Below, one piece after another: positions 8,833-18,151 of a stretch of DNA of 51,802 bases. Under the pieces are notes generated by a model that searched no databases, was not told the DNA's origin, and worked only from the letters and a program-made list of their open reading frames with translations. Every line of letters begins with the position of its first letter. Position 1 is the stretch's first letter. Origin of the DNA: Gemmatimonadaceae bacterium (lineage in GTDB: Bacteria; Gemmatimonadota; Gemmatimonadetes; Gemmatimonadales; Gemmatimonadaceae); the NCBI GenBank assembly GCA_036390195.1, contig DASWCI010000425.1, positions 1 through 51,802 of the forward strand, in the 5' to 3' direction. Both the position numbers and the translations under genes were made by a program.

Positions 8833-9582
8833 CTACCTGCGGGCGTAGGAGATTTCAGCCAGGCCGAAAATTGAGAGCAGTCGGAGGTAGACCCAGCCGA
8901 TATCGAACTCATACCACTTGGCCTTGAACTTCGCAGAGTGCGGATCGGCGTGGTGATTGTTGTGCAGCTCCTCTCCCCCGAGCCAGATCGCAATTGGTGA
9001 GATGTTTCGGCTCTCGTCCTTCACGTTGAAGTTTCGATAGCCCACAGCGTGCCCGACGCCATTAATGATTCCGGCTGCCCAGAACGGGATCCAGATCATC
9101 TGTACGCCCCAGACCAACGGTCCCACAAAGAAGCCGAATAGATAGATGTCGACTGCGAGCATTACGATGATGCCGAGCCAGTTGAGTGGTGATAGGAGGT
9201 GTCGCTCGAGCCAGTCGTTGGGAGTGCCCTTTCCGTACTTGTCTAGCACACCTGGCTGGCGGACTGCCTTTCTATAGTAGAAGGCACCCTTGAGAACGAT
9301 GTTGCGAAGTCCTTCCATCAGTGGACTGTGTGGATCGCCCTCGCGGTCGGCGAACGCGTGATGCTTCCGATGACAGGCGACCCATTCCTTTGTTACGATA
9401 GCAGTCGAAAGCCACAACCATATCCGCATCGGGAGAGCGGCGAGATAGTGCAGTTTCACTCCGCGATGGGTCTGGGCACGGTGCAGGAACAGGGTCACGG
9501 ACACGTTGGTCAGGTGTCCGGCTACAATCACAAACACAATCGGCTTCCACCACGCGGTTGCCCAGCTTCCAAAATCCGGCAT
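8833..9582 (-). CDS. Membrane fatty acid desaturase (delta-9 / DesA-OLE1 type)
   Basis: Three His boxes HRAQTH, HRKHH (with GDPHSP), HNNHH; KWYEFDIGW; hydrophobic segments. Confidence 0.93.
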   Translation of the reverse strand: MPDFGSWATAWWKPIVFVIVAGHLTNVSVTLFLHRAQTHRGVKLHYLAALPMRIWLWLSTAIVTKEWVACHRKHHAFADREGDPHSPLMEGLRNIVLKGAFYYRKAVRQPGVLDKYGKGTPNDWLERHLLSPLNWLGIIVMLAVDIYLFGFFVGPLVWGVQMIWIPFWAAGIINGVGHAVGYRNFNVKDESRNISPIAIWLGGEELHNNHHADPHSAKFKAKWYEFDIGWVYLRLLSIFGLAEISYARR

Positions 9583-9657
9583 TACTTGCTCCGTTTATCT
9601 AAGTCTTGAGGGGCTTTCCAATCTACCCGAACAGCACCCCTAATCCAAACGACCACA

Positions 9658-11664
9658 TCACTGTCTCGTAACCGGACCTGGAGGGTTTGCCCGCGGCGGC
9701 GTGCCCCAGGTGTCGTTAGAGGGATTCCAATCGGGAACCGAGGGATCGGGCCACAGTCTCACGCCAGTGACATTTGCGCGCACCGGAACTACCGCATCAA
9801 AGCGACTCCCGTGTGCCCAGATACTCACCGGCAGTGAAAAGTCCTGCGTCGTGCTGTCGGCATAGCCGACACGCAGTCGCACCGGGAACGGAACTGACGT
9901 GAAGCGGTGAAGCGAGATCGTTGCGAACTTCTGGCCTTCCGAAGTCCGTGTCACGACGCTGTCGATCCCAATGTCCAGAATATCCGTGGTATAGAAAAAA
10001 CTTCGCCAGAACCAGGAAAGATCCTCACCGGTTCCATTCTCAATGCTACGGAAAAAATCTCCGGGCGTTGGATGCTTGAACGCCCAACTTCTTATGTATT
10101 CCTGAAACGCAGTATCGAAGAAGTCACGTCCTACCACGTGATTTCGTAGAGTGAGGAGCACGAGAGCCGGTTTTCTGTAGCCAATCGCTCCGAGGGCGGT
10201 CGGATCAATATTGTCCGGAGCCGTCATGAGCGGGGTCTGGGTCCCCCGCGTCGCCGCGTCTGCCCAGTTTCGCAAGTATCCAGGATATGAGCTCTGCCCC
10301 GGATATCGCGCTTCGTTGGCGAAGGCGTTGAGATAAGTATTGAAGCCTTCGTCCATCCACGCATACCGCCGCTCGCTGGAGCCAACGATCATCGGAAACC
10401 ACTCGTGCCCGTGTTCGTGATTGATGGTGCCGAATATTGAAGTGGGGTCGCCAGTCCCGTAGCCCACCATCACGAACATCGGGTATTCCATCCCGCCAAC
10501 CGGACCGGCGACACTCGTTGCTTGTGGATATGGGTAGGGAAAAAAGAGCTGTGAATATTGTCTGATCGTCCACTGGGTCTGCTCGGCGGCTTGCTCCCAG
10601 GCTTTTCCGGCTTTCGGAAATTCGTAGTAAGCCTGCGTGAGAATCCCGTTCCAGCTTGTTGCGTCCCACCTGAAATCGGGAGCGCCCGCCCACGCTACGT
10701 CGTGGACATTCTGGGCGCGGAACTTCCACGTCCTCGTGCCCGCCTTGGGCTGGCTTTTTGCCGCGGCCGCTTCAGCCTGTGTAATGATCTGAACAACGTC
10801 GCTGCTCCCCGACGCCGACGACAGTTTTCGCCGCTGCTCAGGGGTCAGAACTTCCCCTGGGTTCTGGAGCACACCGCTTCCAGCGACGACGTATCCAGCC
10901 GGAAGCGTAACCGCGTAATCGAAGTCGCCGTACTCCAGATAGAACTCGCCTTGACCGAGATACGGATCCGTGTTCCAGCCACGAACATCGTCGTAGACCG
11001 CCATCCGCGGATACCACTGCGCGATTTCGTAGAGTGCACTATCTCGCCCCATTCGATCTGACCCGTGCTCCGGCACTCTGAACGAATAGCGGATCGAAAT
11101 CGTCGTCTTCCCACCGCGCGGTAGAAGCGGGTTGGGAAGATCGAGGCGCATCATCGTATCATTGATCCTTGGCTGCACGGCCGTGCCATTCACCTGCACA
11201 TCGCCGAAGTTGTATCCACCCTCGAATCCCCTCACACCCCAGCGCGAGTCGGCGGGAAATAACGCCGAGCCCTTGCTGCCGGTGCGATAAAGATTCTGGT
11301 CTACCTGAATCCAGACGTATCGCAGCGTGTCGGGAGAGTTATTGGTGTACTTGATCTGAACGGAGCCACGGAGCTCCGTGGTGCCGGTGTCAAGCGTGGC
11401 GGCGATAGTGTAGTCCGCACGCTGCTGCCAGTAATCTGGGCCCGGAGCGCCAATCGAAGATCGATATCGATTAGGCCCCGGCCAATCGATTCGGTTTGTC
11501 GTTGCGAATGGATCATCGCGCCGTGTATCGAAAACAGCGCGTGCCCGTTGCGCGCCCGCTGATGTATCGGTGGAAGGAATTTCCATCCGCACCGGCCCAA
11601 GCACTACGGGACGCTGCTGCGCACATGCACTCAGCGTCACGAACAGTAGAGCGTATGATTTCAC
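9658..11664 (-). CDS. M1-family zinc aminopeptidase (lipoprotein)
   Basis: GGMEYP, HEHGHEWF and downstream WMDEG; start moved to GTG 11664 giving lipobox LFVTLSAC and removing overlap with the divergent gene. Confidence 0.9.
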   Translation of the reverse strand: MKSYALLFVTLSACAQQRPVVLGPVRMEIPSTDTSAGAQRARAVFDTRRDDPFATTNRIDWPGPNRYRSSIGAPGPDYWQQRADYTIAATLDTGTTELRGSVQIKYTNNSPDTLRYVWIQVDQNLYRTGSKGSALFPADSRWGVRGFEGGYNFGDVQVNGTAVQPRINDTMMRLDLPNPLLPRGGKTTISIRYSFRVPEHGSDRMGRDSALYEIAQWYPRMAVYDDVRGWNTDPYLGQGEFYLEYGDFDYAVTLPAGYVVAGSGVLQNPGEVLTPEQRRKLSSASGSSDVVQIITQAEAAAAKSQPKAGTRTWKFRAQNVHDVAWAGAPDFRWDATSWNGILTQAYYEFPKAGKAWEQAAEQTQWTIRQYSQLFFPYPYPQATSVAGPVGGMEYPMFVMVGYGTGDPTSIFGTINHEHGHEWFPMIVGSSERRYAWMDEGFNTYLNAFANEARYPGQSSYPGYLRNWADAATRGTQTPLMTAPDNIDPTALGAIGYRKPALVLLTLRNHVVGRDFFDTAFQEYIRSWAFKHPTPGDFFRSIENGTGEDLSWFWRSFFYTTDILDIGIDSVVTRTSEGQKFATISLHRFTSVPFPVRLRVGYADSTTQDFSLPVSIWAHGSRFDAVVPVRANVTGVRLWPDPSVPDWNPSNDTWGTPPRANPPGPVTRQ

Positions 11665-11749
11665 TTCAGTGCGGCGTTCTCGAGAAATTGTTCGTAAGGT
11701 GCGCTCTTCAGGGTAAGCAACGTAAGGGCCAACGCACCTTACACCGACC

Positions 11750-11778
11750 TTGCAATACCCGCTCGTTGCCGGTAGCCT
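11750..11778 (+). promoter_or_regulatory. sigma70-type promoter, probably leaderless, for the aldo/keto reductase
   Basis: TTGCAA-N17-TAGCCT, 7 nt before ATG 11786. Confidence 0.55.
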
Positions 11779-11785
11779 CTCCGCA

Positions 11786-12889
11786 ATGACTCGTCTGAAC
11801 AGTTTGGAGTCCCTTGTGGAGGGATGCGCGACATCGGAAGGCACGCGGAGATTTCGAAACCGATTCGCCAAAACCCAGCCGGATCATTTCTATCGTCCCA
11901 TCGCCGATGGGCCGCTCGTTTCGTCTCTGGGGCTGGGAACATACCTCGGCGAGTGCGACGACTCCGAGGATGCGCGGTACACGACCACCGTCAGTGCCGC
12001 ATTGCAAAAGGGGGTAAATCTCCTCGACACTGCAATCAATTACCGGTGCCAGCGCTCAGAACGAGCGATTGGTGAAGCGCTTCGCAGCATGATCGTCCGT
12101 GGCAGCATCAAACGCGAAGAGGTTGTCGTTTGCACCAAAGGCGGATACATCCCACTCGACAGGATACCTCCTGCAACCAAAGAGGGATATCGAGGCTTCC
12201 TCGAAAACGAGTACTTCGGTCGCGGCGTGATGCAGCCCAGTGAGGTCGTCTCGGGTGGCCATTGCCTCACGCCGCGCTACCTGGCCGATCAGATCGAGCG
12301 CAGCAGGAATAACCTCGGGCTCGCAGTCATCGACGTCTACTATCTCCACAATCCCGAGCAGCAGTTGGATGCGCTGGGCCGACCGGATTTTCTGACGTTA
12401 GTCCGCGATGCATTTGCTGCACTCGAGGAACAAGTTCGTCGAGGTGTCATAGGAATTTACGGTTGCGCGACCTGGAATGGATTCAGAGTTCCACCAGACT
12501 CAAGAAATCACTTGAGCCTGGAGGAGCTCGTTTCGATCGCCCGCGAAATTGCTGGTACAGATCATCACTTCCGCGTCATCCAACTTCCGATCAACCTCGC
12601 GATGACAGAATCGGTGCGGCTTCCCACTCAGCAAGTCGGACACGATAAAGTGCCACTACTCGTGGCAGCCAGTCGGCTTGGCATCTCAGTGGTGGGAAGC
12701 GCAACACTAATGCAATCCCAGCTGACGCGAGCACTCCCGAAACAGATACACTCCGCCTTTCCGGGATTCAAAACCGACGCAAGACGTGCCATTGCTTTTT
12801 CGCAGTCGCTGCCTGTTGCAGCGGCCCTCGTGGGAATGAAATCACTCTCCCACCTCGAGGAGAACCTCGCGCCACCGAGGGTCAGTTAA
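11786..12889 (+). CDS. Aldo/keto reductase
   Basis: SSLGLGTY, LLDTAINY (Asp/Tyr), TKGG (Lys), YYLHNP (His), ALVGMKSLSHLEEN. Confidence 0.9.
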   Translation: MTRLNSLESLVEGCATSEGTRRFRNRFAKTQPDHFYRPIADGPLVSSLGLGTYLGECDDSEDARYTTTVSAALQKGVNLLDTAINYRCQRSERAIGEALRSMIVRGSIKREEVVVCTKGGYIPLDRIPPATKEGYRGFLENEYFGRGVMQPSEVVSGGHCLTPRYLADQIERSRNNLGLAVIDVYYLHNPEQQLDALGRPDFLTLVRDAFAALEEQVRRGVIGIYGCATWNGFRVPPDSRNHLSLEELVSIAREIAGTDHHFRVIQLPINLAMTESVRLPTQQVGHDKVPLLVAASRLGISVVGSATLMQSQLTRALPKQIHSAFPGFKTDARRAIAFSQSLPVAAALVGMKSLSHLEENLAPPRVS

Positions 12890-12891
12890 GG

Positions 12892-13887
12892 ATGCAGCTC
12901 CCTCCTCATCATCGGCCAGACGGCGGGTTCAGGAATCCCTGGCCATCGGCGCAATTACATGGATTTCTCGATTTTCTCAAATGGACTTTGGTGGAGCGAC
13001 GACGGAACCCCCGTCGTCCGGACCCTGACCCCGCTAAATTCGTACGGGTCGCTCCGGAGTTTGTAGTACCGAGAGGAGCGCCGGAACAGCTCACCTTGAC
13101 GTGGGTCGGACATACGAGCTTTCTGATCCAAATGGCCGGTCTCAACATTCTGACCGACCCGGTGTGGAGCGCGCGCGCGTCGCCAGTGCAGTTCGTGGGT
13201 CCTCGTCGCTGGGTCCCTCCAGCCGTGGAATTCGATCGCTTGCCGCCAGTCGACGTGGTGGTCATCTCCCACGATCATTATGATCACCTCGATTCCGGTA
13301 CGATCTCACGAATCGCCAGACGCTATCCCGCCGCACTTTGGTACGCGCCGCTGGGGGTGGACAGGTTTCTCCGGCATCACGGTGCGCGGGAGGTGACGGT
13401 CAGAGATTGGTGGCAGGAAAGCGCGATCGGAGGGCTGCATCTGACATGTCTTCCCGCCCAGCACTTTTCTGGCAGAAGACTTGGGACTCGTAACAACACG
13501 CTCTGGTGCGGGTGGGCATTCCGGTCTTCGCATCATACGCTGTTTTTCGCTGGCGACACCGGTCTGCATCCTGAATTCGAGACCATCGGTGTCCACTGCG
13601 GTCCCTTCGATTTAGCCATCCTGCCGATCGGAGCTTACGAGCCGCGTTGGTTCATGGGCTCGGTCCATATGAATCCTGAGGACTGCATGAAAGCGGTCGC
13701 CCAGCTCGCGACAGCACAGAAAGGCAAGCGTCTGATAATGACCGCGGCTCACTGGGGAACGTTCAAGCTAACCGACGAGCCGATGGACGAGCCGCCGGCG
13801 CGCATGCGCGAACAATGGCGTGCAGCTGGTCGCGACGGCAGCGACCTCTGGATCTTGCGACATGGCGAGACGCGTGCTGTCGGATAA
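12892..13887 (+). CDS. MBL-fold metallo-hydrolase (NAPE-PLD/RomA-like)
   Basis: TWVGHTS, ILTDPVWS, SHDHYDHLD, PAQHFSGR, FAGDTG, LPIGAYEPRW, HMNPE, HWGTF. Confidence 0.92.
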   Translation: MQLPPHHRPDGGFRNPWPSAQLHGFLDFLKWTLVERRRNPRRPDPDPAKFVRVAPEFVVPRGAPEQLTLTWVGHTSFLIQMAGLNILTDPVWSARASPVQFVGPRRWVPPAVEFDRLPPVDVVVISHDHYDHLDSGTISRIARRYPAALWYAPLGVDRFLRHHGAREVTVRDWWQESAIGGLHLTCLPAQHFSGRRLGTRNNTLWCGWAFRSSHHTLFFAGDTGLHPEFETIGVHCGPFDLAILPIGAYEPRWFMGSVHMNPEDCMKAVAQLATAQKGKRLIMTAAHWGTFKLTDEPMDEPPARMREQWRAAGRDGSDLWILRHGETRAVG

Positions 13888-13916
13888 CAACATCACGATG
13901 GCGCGACATACGTTGC

Positions 13917-13941
13917 AACGCCGATAGACTCTCGCGGCGTT
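13917..13941 (+). terminator. Possible terminator/hairpin between the MBL gene and the basic-protein gene
   Basis: AACGCCG-N11-CGGCGTT followed by ATT. Confidence 0.35.
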
Positions 13942-13996
13942 ATTGTGCGCGAATCTTGCGATCCGTTTTACGAACCCTCGTTCACGGAGCTTTCCC

Positions 13997-14353
13997 ATGG
14001 CTGCAGCCAAGAAGTCCAGTCGTTCAAGAGGCAGTAGAAAGCGGTCGCGGTCCGGATCCTCGGGACGCAAACGCGGAGGCGTACGGAAGTCGTCGCGGCG
14101 TGGCGCGGGAGGGCGGAAATCTTCTGCCAGGCGCAAGAGCAGTGCACGCAAGTCCTCGTCGCGGAGGTCGAGCAGGCGCACTTCCGGACGCAAGGGAGGC
14201 GGACGCAAGAGCAGCCGTAGCCGTCCTCGTCGTAGATCACAGTCTCCCGTGGCTCGCGTGAAACGCGTTGCAACCGGGGTCGTTCACCAGGCTGCAGACT
14301 TGGGAGAGCGCGCGGTCGATACCGTAACGGAATTCGTCCAGGATCGCTTTTAA
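13997..14353 (+). CDS. Extremely basic Arg/Ser/Lys-rich protein (118 aa), histone/protamine-like
   Basis: GGAG SD 7 nt before ATG; MAAAKKSS... start; fills the intergenic gap; ordinary helical C-terminus. Confidence 0.75.
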   Translation: MAAAKKSSRSRGSRKRSRSGSSGRKRGGVRKSSRRGAGGRKSSARRKSSARKSSSRRSSRRTSGRKGGGRKSSRSRPRRRSQSPVARVKRVATGVVHQAADLGERAVDTVTEFVQDRF

Positions 14354-14357
14354 GCAC

Positions 14358-15197
14358 TCAGGGTCGTTCGACAGCCGCTTTTCTTGTCAGCAGCGGCTGT
14401 CGGCCGGGATGGGCGTACAGCCGCAACCACCTCTCAACTTCGCTGAACACCCGCTCGCGGCCGTAGTCGACGGTGATGATGTGTCCCGCCCCTTTGGTCC
14501 ATATGAGTTGCTTTTCCGTCGCGCCTATTTCGTGGAGAGCGAATTCCGCAACACGCGGAGAGACGCGAGGATCTTCGCGCGACTGAATTATCACCGTTGG
14601 AGCAGTGACTCGAGGAAGTGCCTTGCTCGCGCGACGCACAACCTTCGAGAGCTCGAACAGTGTGCGCCCCGTGACAGAGCCGTAAGCAAGATTCAGTTCC
14701 CGCTCACTCGCGTCGTGAATTGATCGAGGATTTCTGGCGTTTATCTCACCCACCACTCCACCCCAGAGCCAGCATGTTGCTGCGGCGAAACGCAGTCGAC
14801 GCGGCATACCCAGATAGGGCGCGATCAGGACCAACGCCGACGTAGCGTGGTCCTCTGCGGCGAGAAGAACGGCCAACGCTCCGCCCATCGAAAGTCCGAC
14901 GATACTAACGCTGTCACTTCGGGCTCGCATCGAGAGCAACGCTCGCTTTGCGGCATCGATCCATTGTTCGGCACGGGATCGTCTGAAGGCGCCCAGCGTA
15001 CGTCCGTGCCCCGGGAGAAGCGGAGCAAACACGCTATAGCCCGCGTTGTGAAGTCTTCGTGCTAGTAACGAAAGCGTCTGAGGAGTATCTCCAAAACCAT
15101 GCAGGAGGAGGACTCCATGCGAGCCCTCCTCCTGCAAATCAATGGTCTCCGCCCCTTTCCGTATGAGACTTGTGTCAGCGTCTCGCCGATCGCCCAT
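14358..15197 (-). CDS. Alpha/beta-fold carboxylesterase (YvaK/Est30-like)
   Basis: LLLHGFG oxyanion motif, PLLPGHG, nucleophile GLSMGG, QSREDPRV, GHIITVD. Confidence 0.9.
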   Translation of the reverse strand: MGDRRDADTSLIRKGAETIDLQEEGSHGVLLLHGFGDTPQTLSLLARRLHNAGYSVFAPLLPGHGRTLGAFRRSRAEQWIDAAKRALLSMRARSDSVSIVGLSMGGALAVLLAAEDHATSALVLIAPYLGMPRRLRFAAATCWLWGGVVGEINARNPRSIHDASERELNLAYGSVTGRTLFELSKVVRRASKALPRVTAPTVIIQSREDPRVSPRVAEFALHEIGATEKQLIWTKGAGHIITVDYGRERVFSEVERWLRLYAHPGRQPLLTRKAAVERP

Positions 15198-15209
15198 TCA
15201 TCCTCGTTA

Positions 15210-15926
15210 CTAGGACAATTCTCTCGCCACAGAGATTGTCGAATCCCTGTCTCCATTCTCAGCGAAATTGGGTGCAAGTGAGCTCGGCTCGATCAAAAAC
15301 GTCATGCCCTTTCTTTCCGCGATGCCGGCTGACACTAGCCGGCTCAATGCCAGAGCGATCGATTCCCTCGTAGCACCCACCATCTCACAGAGCAACCGGT
15401 GATGATTGTTCTCGAGCTTGAGTCGACCGTCTGACGCCGTGAAACTCCGATCGGTGCTTAGATGTGTCAACGTTGACATCAAGCGCTGATCGACATTAAG
15501 CGCAGCGAGCTCGTGAAGCTTCTCGAGCAGATAAGCTCGCTCTGACATTATCTGCGACAGGAGCGGAATGGTCTGAGCGGGACGCTCGCGCACGAACGCG
15601 CGGAATTGCGCTCCACTCAGAAACATTGTCTTCGTTTCTTCTGTCGCGTTTGCGTCTGTCACGTAATGGCTGTCGGGGGAGAGCCCTTCGCTGCCGAATG
15701 TCTGACCCACCGTTGCGATGACCGGAACGAATCCACGCCCCACTTTTATCTTGTTGCGCAAAACGACGTGGCCTTCGAGAACAATGAAAACGCCGTCTGC
15801 ACGCGCACCACGCTGGTAGAGTTGAAACCCGGAAGGCCAGCTTGCCTTCGCGCCGTATGCGGCGATGGGTAGCATCTCTTCCAGAGTGAGACGCGAGCGC
15901 CGCACTCCACCTTGCCCGGTTCTCAT
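15210..15926 (-). CDS. Crp/Fnr-family transcriptional regulator
   Basis: cNMP-fold motifs (LYQRG, VFIVLEGHV, GQTFG), VDQRL hinge, HTH LCEMVGATRESIALALSRL. Confidence 0.85.
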   Translation of the reverse strand: MRTGQGGVRRSRLTLEEMLPIAAYGAKASWPSGFQLYQRGARADGVFIVLEGHVVLRNKIKVGRGFVPVIATVGQTFGSEGLSPDSHYVTDANATEETKTMFLSGAQFRAFVRERPAQTIPLLSQIMSERAYLLEKLHELAALNVDQRLMSTLTHLSTDRSFTASDGRLKLENNHHRLLCEMVGATRESIALALSRLVSAGIAERKGMTFLIEPSSLAPNFAENGDRDSTISVARELS

Positions 15927-16005
15927 CTAGCTCTCTGCCATTGCGTCGTCGAGCGGTCAGCAACGCAATGTCCGGGCCTGAAAAAATCGAGGCGCGACTT
16001 CGCGT

Positions 16006-18105
16006 TTACTTCTTTGGTAGCAATTCTGTCGCCATCTTCAACGCGCGTGTCGCCGCATCAAAACGCTGCACCAAATCGGTCAGCTCACGTCCAACAGCGG
16101 TTTCGTTGCCAACACGGATCGCTTCATTCACCGACGGCAGCACCATCGTAGCATATCCGTTGTTCTCATCGGAAGCGTATATCAGGTTTCTGAACCAGGG
16201 TCGTGTGACGAGGCCCTGCGGTCTTGTAAGCTGCCGTTCAACTTCAAGCAGCGTCGCATTGACTTGCTGCGCCGTTGCTGGCACAAGCTGAGCAGTGAGG
16301 GAGTTGTCTCGCGCGGCACTGAATGTAAGCGCCGCATCTTCCATTCTGCCGATTGCTGCGGTCAGTCCAGCTGCGGAAACCTTCCAGTGCTTGTCGCCGA
16401 TTGCCTGGCCAACTTGTGCACCGAACCGCCGCATCGTCCGCGCAAATTCCACGTAGTCGTACGGCAGGATGTCAGCGTTAGCGATCCGCAGTAACATCAC
16501 TGCTCCGATGCGAGCTGCACTCGTATGCACCTCGAAATTTGGGTCGCCAAATTTTGACATCCAGTGGTACGAATCGAAGGCAGAGTGATAAACGCCCTGC
16601 GGTCCGCCGAATCCCCAATCGGCTATCGGGATGCCCAGATGATTGTAGAACCCGGCGAAATCAGACCCTCCTCCAGGGTCACCCATTTGCGGCTCGAGGG
16701 TGTCCGAAGCAAGGTTGGCGCGTTTTCTCCAGACATCGTACACACTGCCCTGATGACTTGGATCAGGAACCTGCTTCGCTACGTCACGCAGTAATGCCCG
16801 AAGTGAGGGAGATCCTCCGCCGCCGAAGTTGGGACCCTGCGCAATGTCGTCCTGGTTGAGATACGCGACGGCATGTCTGCTCAGTCGGAGCGAATCCTCC
16901 TCCACATACTCCGTCGATCCAAGCAGTCCCCATTCTTCTGCGTCCCAGGTTGCAAACACGATCGTGCGCTTCGGTCTTCTTCCGGCTTTGACCTGCTCAG
17001 CGATTGAGCGCGCCGCCTCCATCACGCTCACCGTGCCACTTACATTGTCAGCTGCACCTGGTCCCCATGCATCACGGTGCCCACCGATCATCACGATCTG
17101 ATCCGGGAATTCACTTCCGCGAATGATCCCGAAGGTGTCCCAGATCTCCTTGTAGGGGTGCGTCGCGGCATCCGTTACAACCTCCAGCCGCGCTTGCACC
17201 GGCCCAGGGCCGACGTGATATCGAAAAGGAAGCCCGCCCTGCCAGGGTTGAGGAATTGATTTGCCCGTCAGTCCGCGCAGCAACTCGGCGGCGTTGCCAG
17301 ACGAGATCGGAAGCACCGGAATGTGAGGCACGTCCATGGCCGACAGTGCAATGCGCTTTGCGTTTCTCGTGCTGGGATAACCCGGCGTGCTCGGGTCGCC
17401 ATTCGGGTTCATGACACTGCCACGCTGAATCCCTTGCGACGGCCGCATTGGGCCGAGGGGATACACATCGCCGCGCACATAACCATCGTCGGCAGGATCA
17501 CTGTAGATGATCAGACCCAACGCTCCGTGCTTTTCCGCCTCGCGCGCCTTGATGCCCCGGTACGATCGACCATAACGCGCAATTGCTATCTTGCCCTTCA
17601 CCGAAACACCCATCGAGTCGAGCTGCGCATAGTCCTCGATCAGGCCGTAGTTCACGTACACGACTTCGCCGCGCACTTCGCCGGGTGCACCATAGCCGTT
17701 GAACGGCAATACCTGAGAAAACGCAACCGAGGTGGTGTCTTCGGGAATTGGACCTTCCTGAAGATTCAATTCGATCGGATCCGGCGTGATTCGCCACACT
17801 CGGGTGGTGACGGGATGCGGCATCCACACGTTGTACGAGCGCACTTCGGTCTCGAGACCCCAGGACTTCATCTGGCTCACTACATAGTCGCGCGTTCGCG
17901 CCTGAGCGGGAGTTCCAGCCATATGTGGCTGAAATGAAAGAAACCTCGAATGGGCAGAGGCGCTCGCCGGCGTTGGATGCGTGATGACATCGCTTTCCGT
18001 TGCACGCTCGATGGCAGCGGATTGTGGCGAATATCCAGACATCACCTGCGCACTCAGCGGATTGACCAGCACGACGGGAATCAACAGCGCAAGTTGTCTA
18101 CGCAT
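16006..18105 (-). CDS. M28 glutamate carboxypeptidase II / transferrin-receptor-like peptidase
   Basis: Signal peptide from ATG 18105; PA domain (VVYVNYG, ARYG, YSDPADDG), GGHRDAW, GAADNVSG, WDAEEWGLLGSTE, GGGSDF, YHSAFD, TfR dimerisation tail RPWFRNLIYA. Confidence 0.92.
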   Translation of the reverse strand: MRRQLALLIPVVLVNPLSAQVMSGYSPQSAAIERATESDVITHPTPASASAHSRFLSFQPHMAGTPAQARTRDYVVSQMKSWGLETEVRSYNVWMPHPVTTRVWRITPDPIELNLQEGPIPEDTTSVAFSQVLPFNGYGAPGEVRGEVVYVNYGLIEDYAQLDSMGVSVKGKIAIARYGRSYRGIKAREAEKHGALGLIIYSDPADDGYVRGDVYPLGPMRPSQGIQRGSVMNPNGDPSTPGYPSTRNAKRIALSAMDVPHIPVLPISSGNAAELLRGLTGKSIPQPWQGGLPFRYHVGPGPVQARLEVVTDAATHPYKEIWDTFGIIRGSEFPDQIVMIGGHRDAWGPGAADNVSGTVSVMEAARSIAEQVKAGRRPKRTIVFATWDAEEWGLLGSTEYVEEDSLRLSRHAVAYLNQDDIAQGPNFGGGGSPSLRALLRDVAKQVPDPSHQGSVYDVWRKRANLASDTLEPQMGDPGGGSDFAGFYNHLGIPIADWGFGGPQGVYHSAFDSYHWMSKFGDPNFEVHTSAARIGAVMLLRIANADILPYDYVEFARTMRRFGAQVGQAIGDKHWKVSAAGLTAAIGRMEDAALTFSAARDNSLTAQLVPATAQQVNATLLEVERQLTRPQGLVTRPWFRNLIYASDENNGYATMVLPSVNEAIRVGNETAVGRELTDLVQRFDAATRALKMATELLPKK

Positions 18106-18151
18106 TCGTTTGCATTCCTGGTTTGGTGTCAGGGACAGTGAAGCGCAACCT

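Noticed and set aside
13768-14357. Minus-strand ORFs 13768-14208 and 13968-14357
   Set aside because: Antisense shadows of the low-complexity basic protein; the plus-strand ORF has the SD and fits between neighbours
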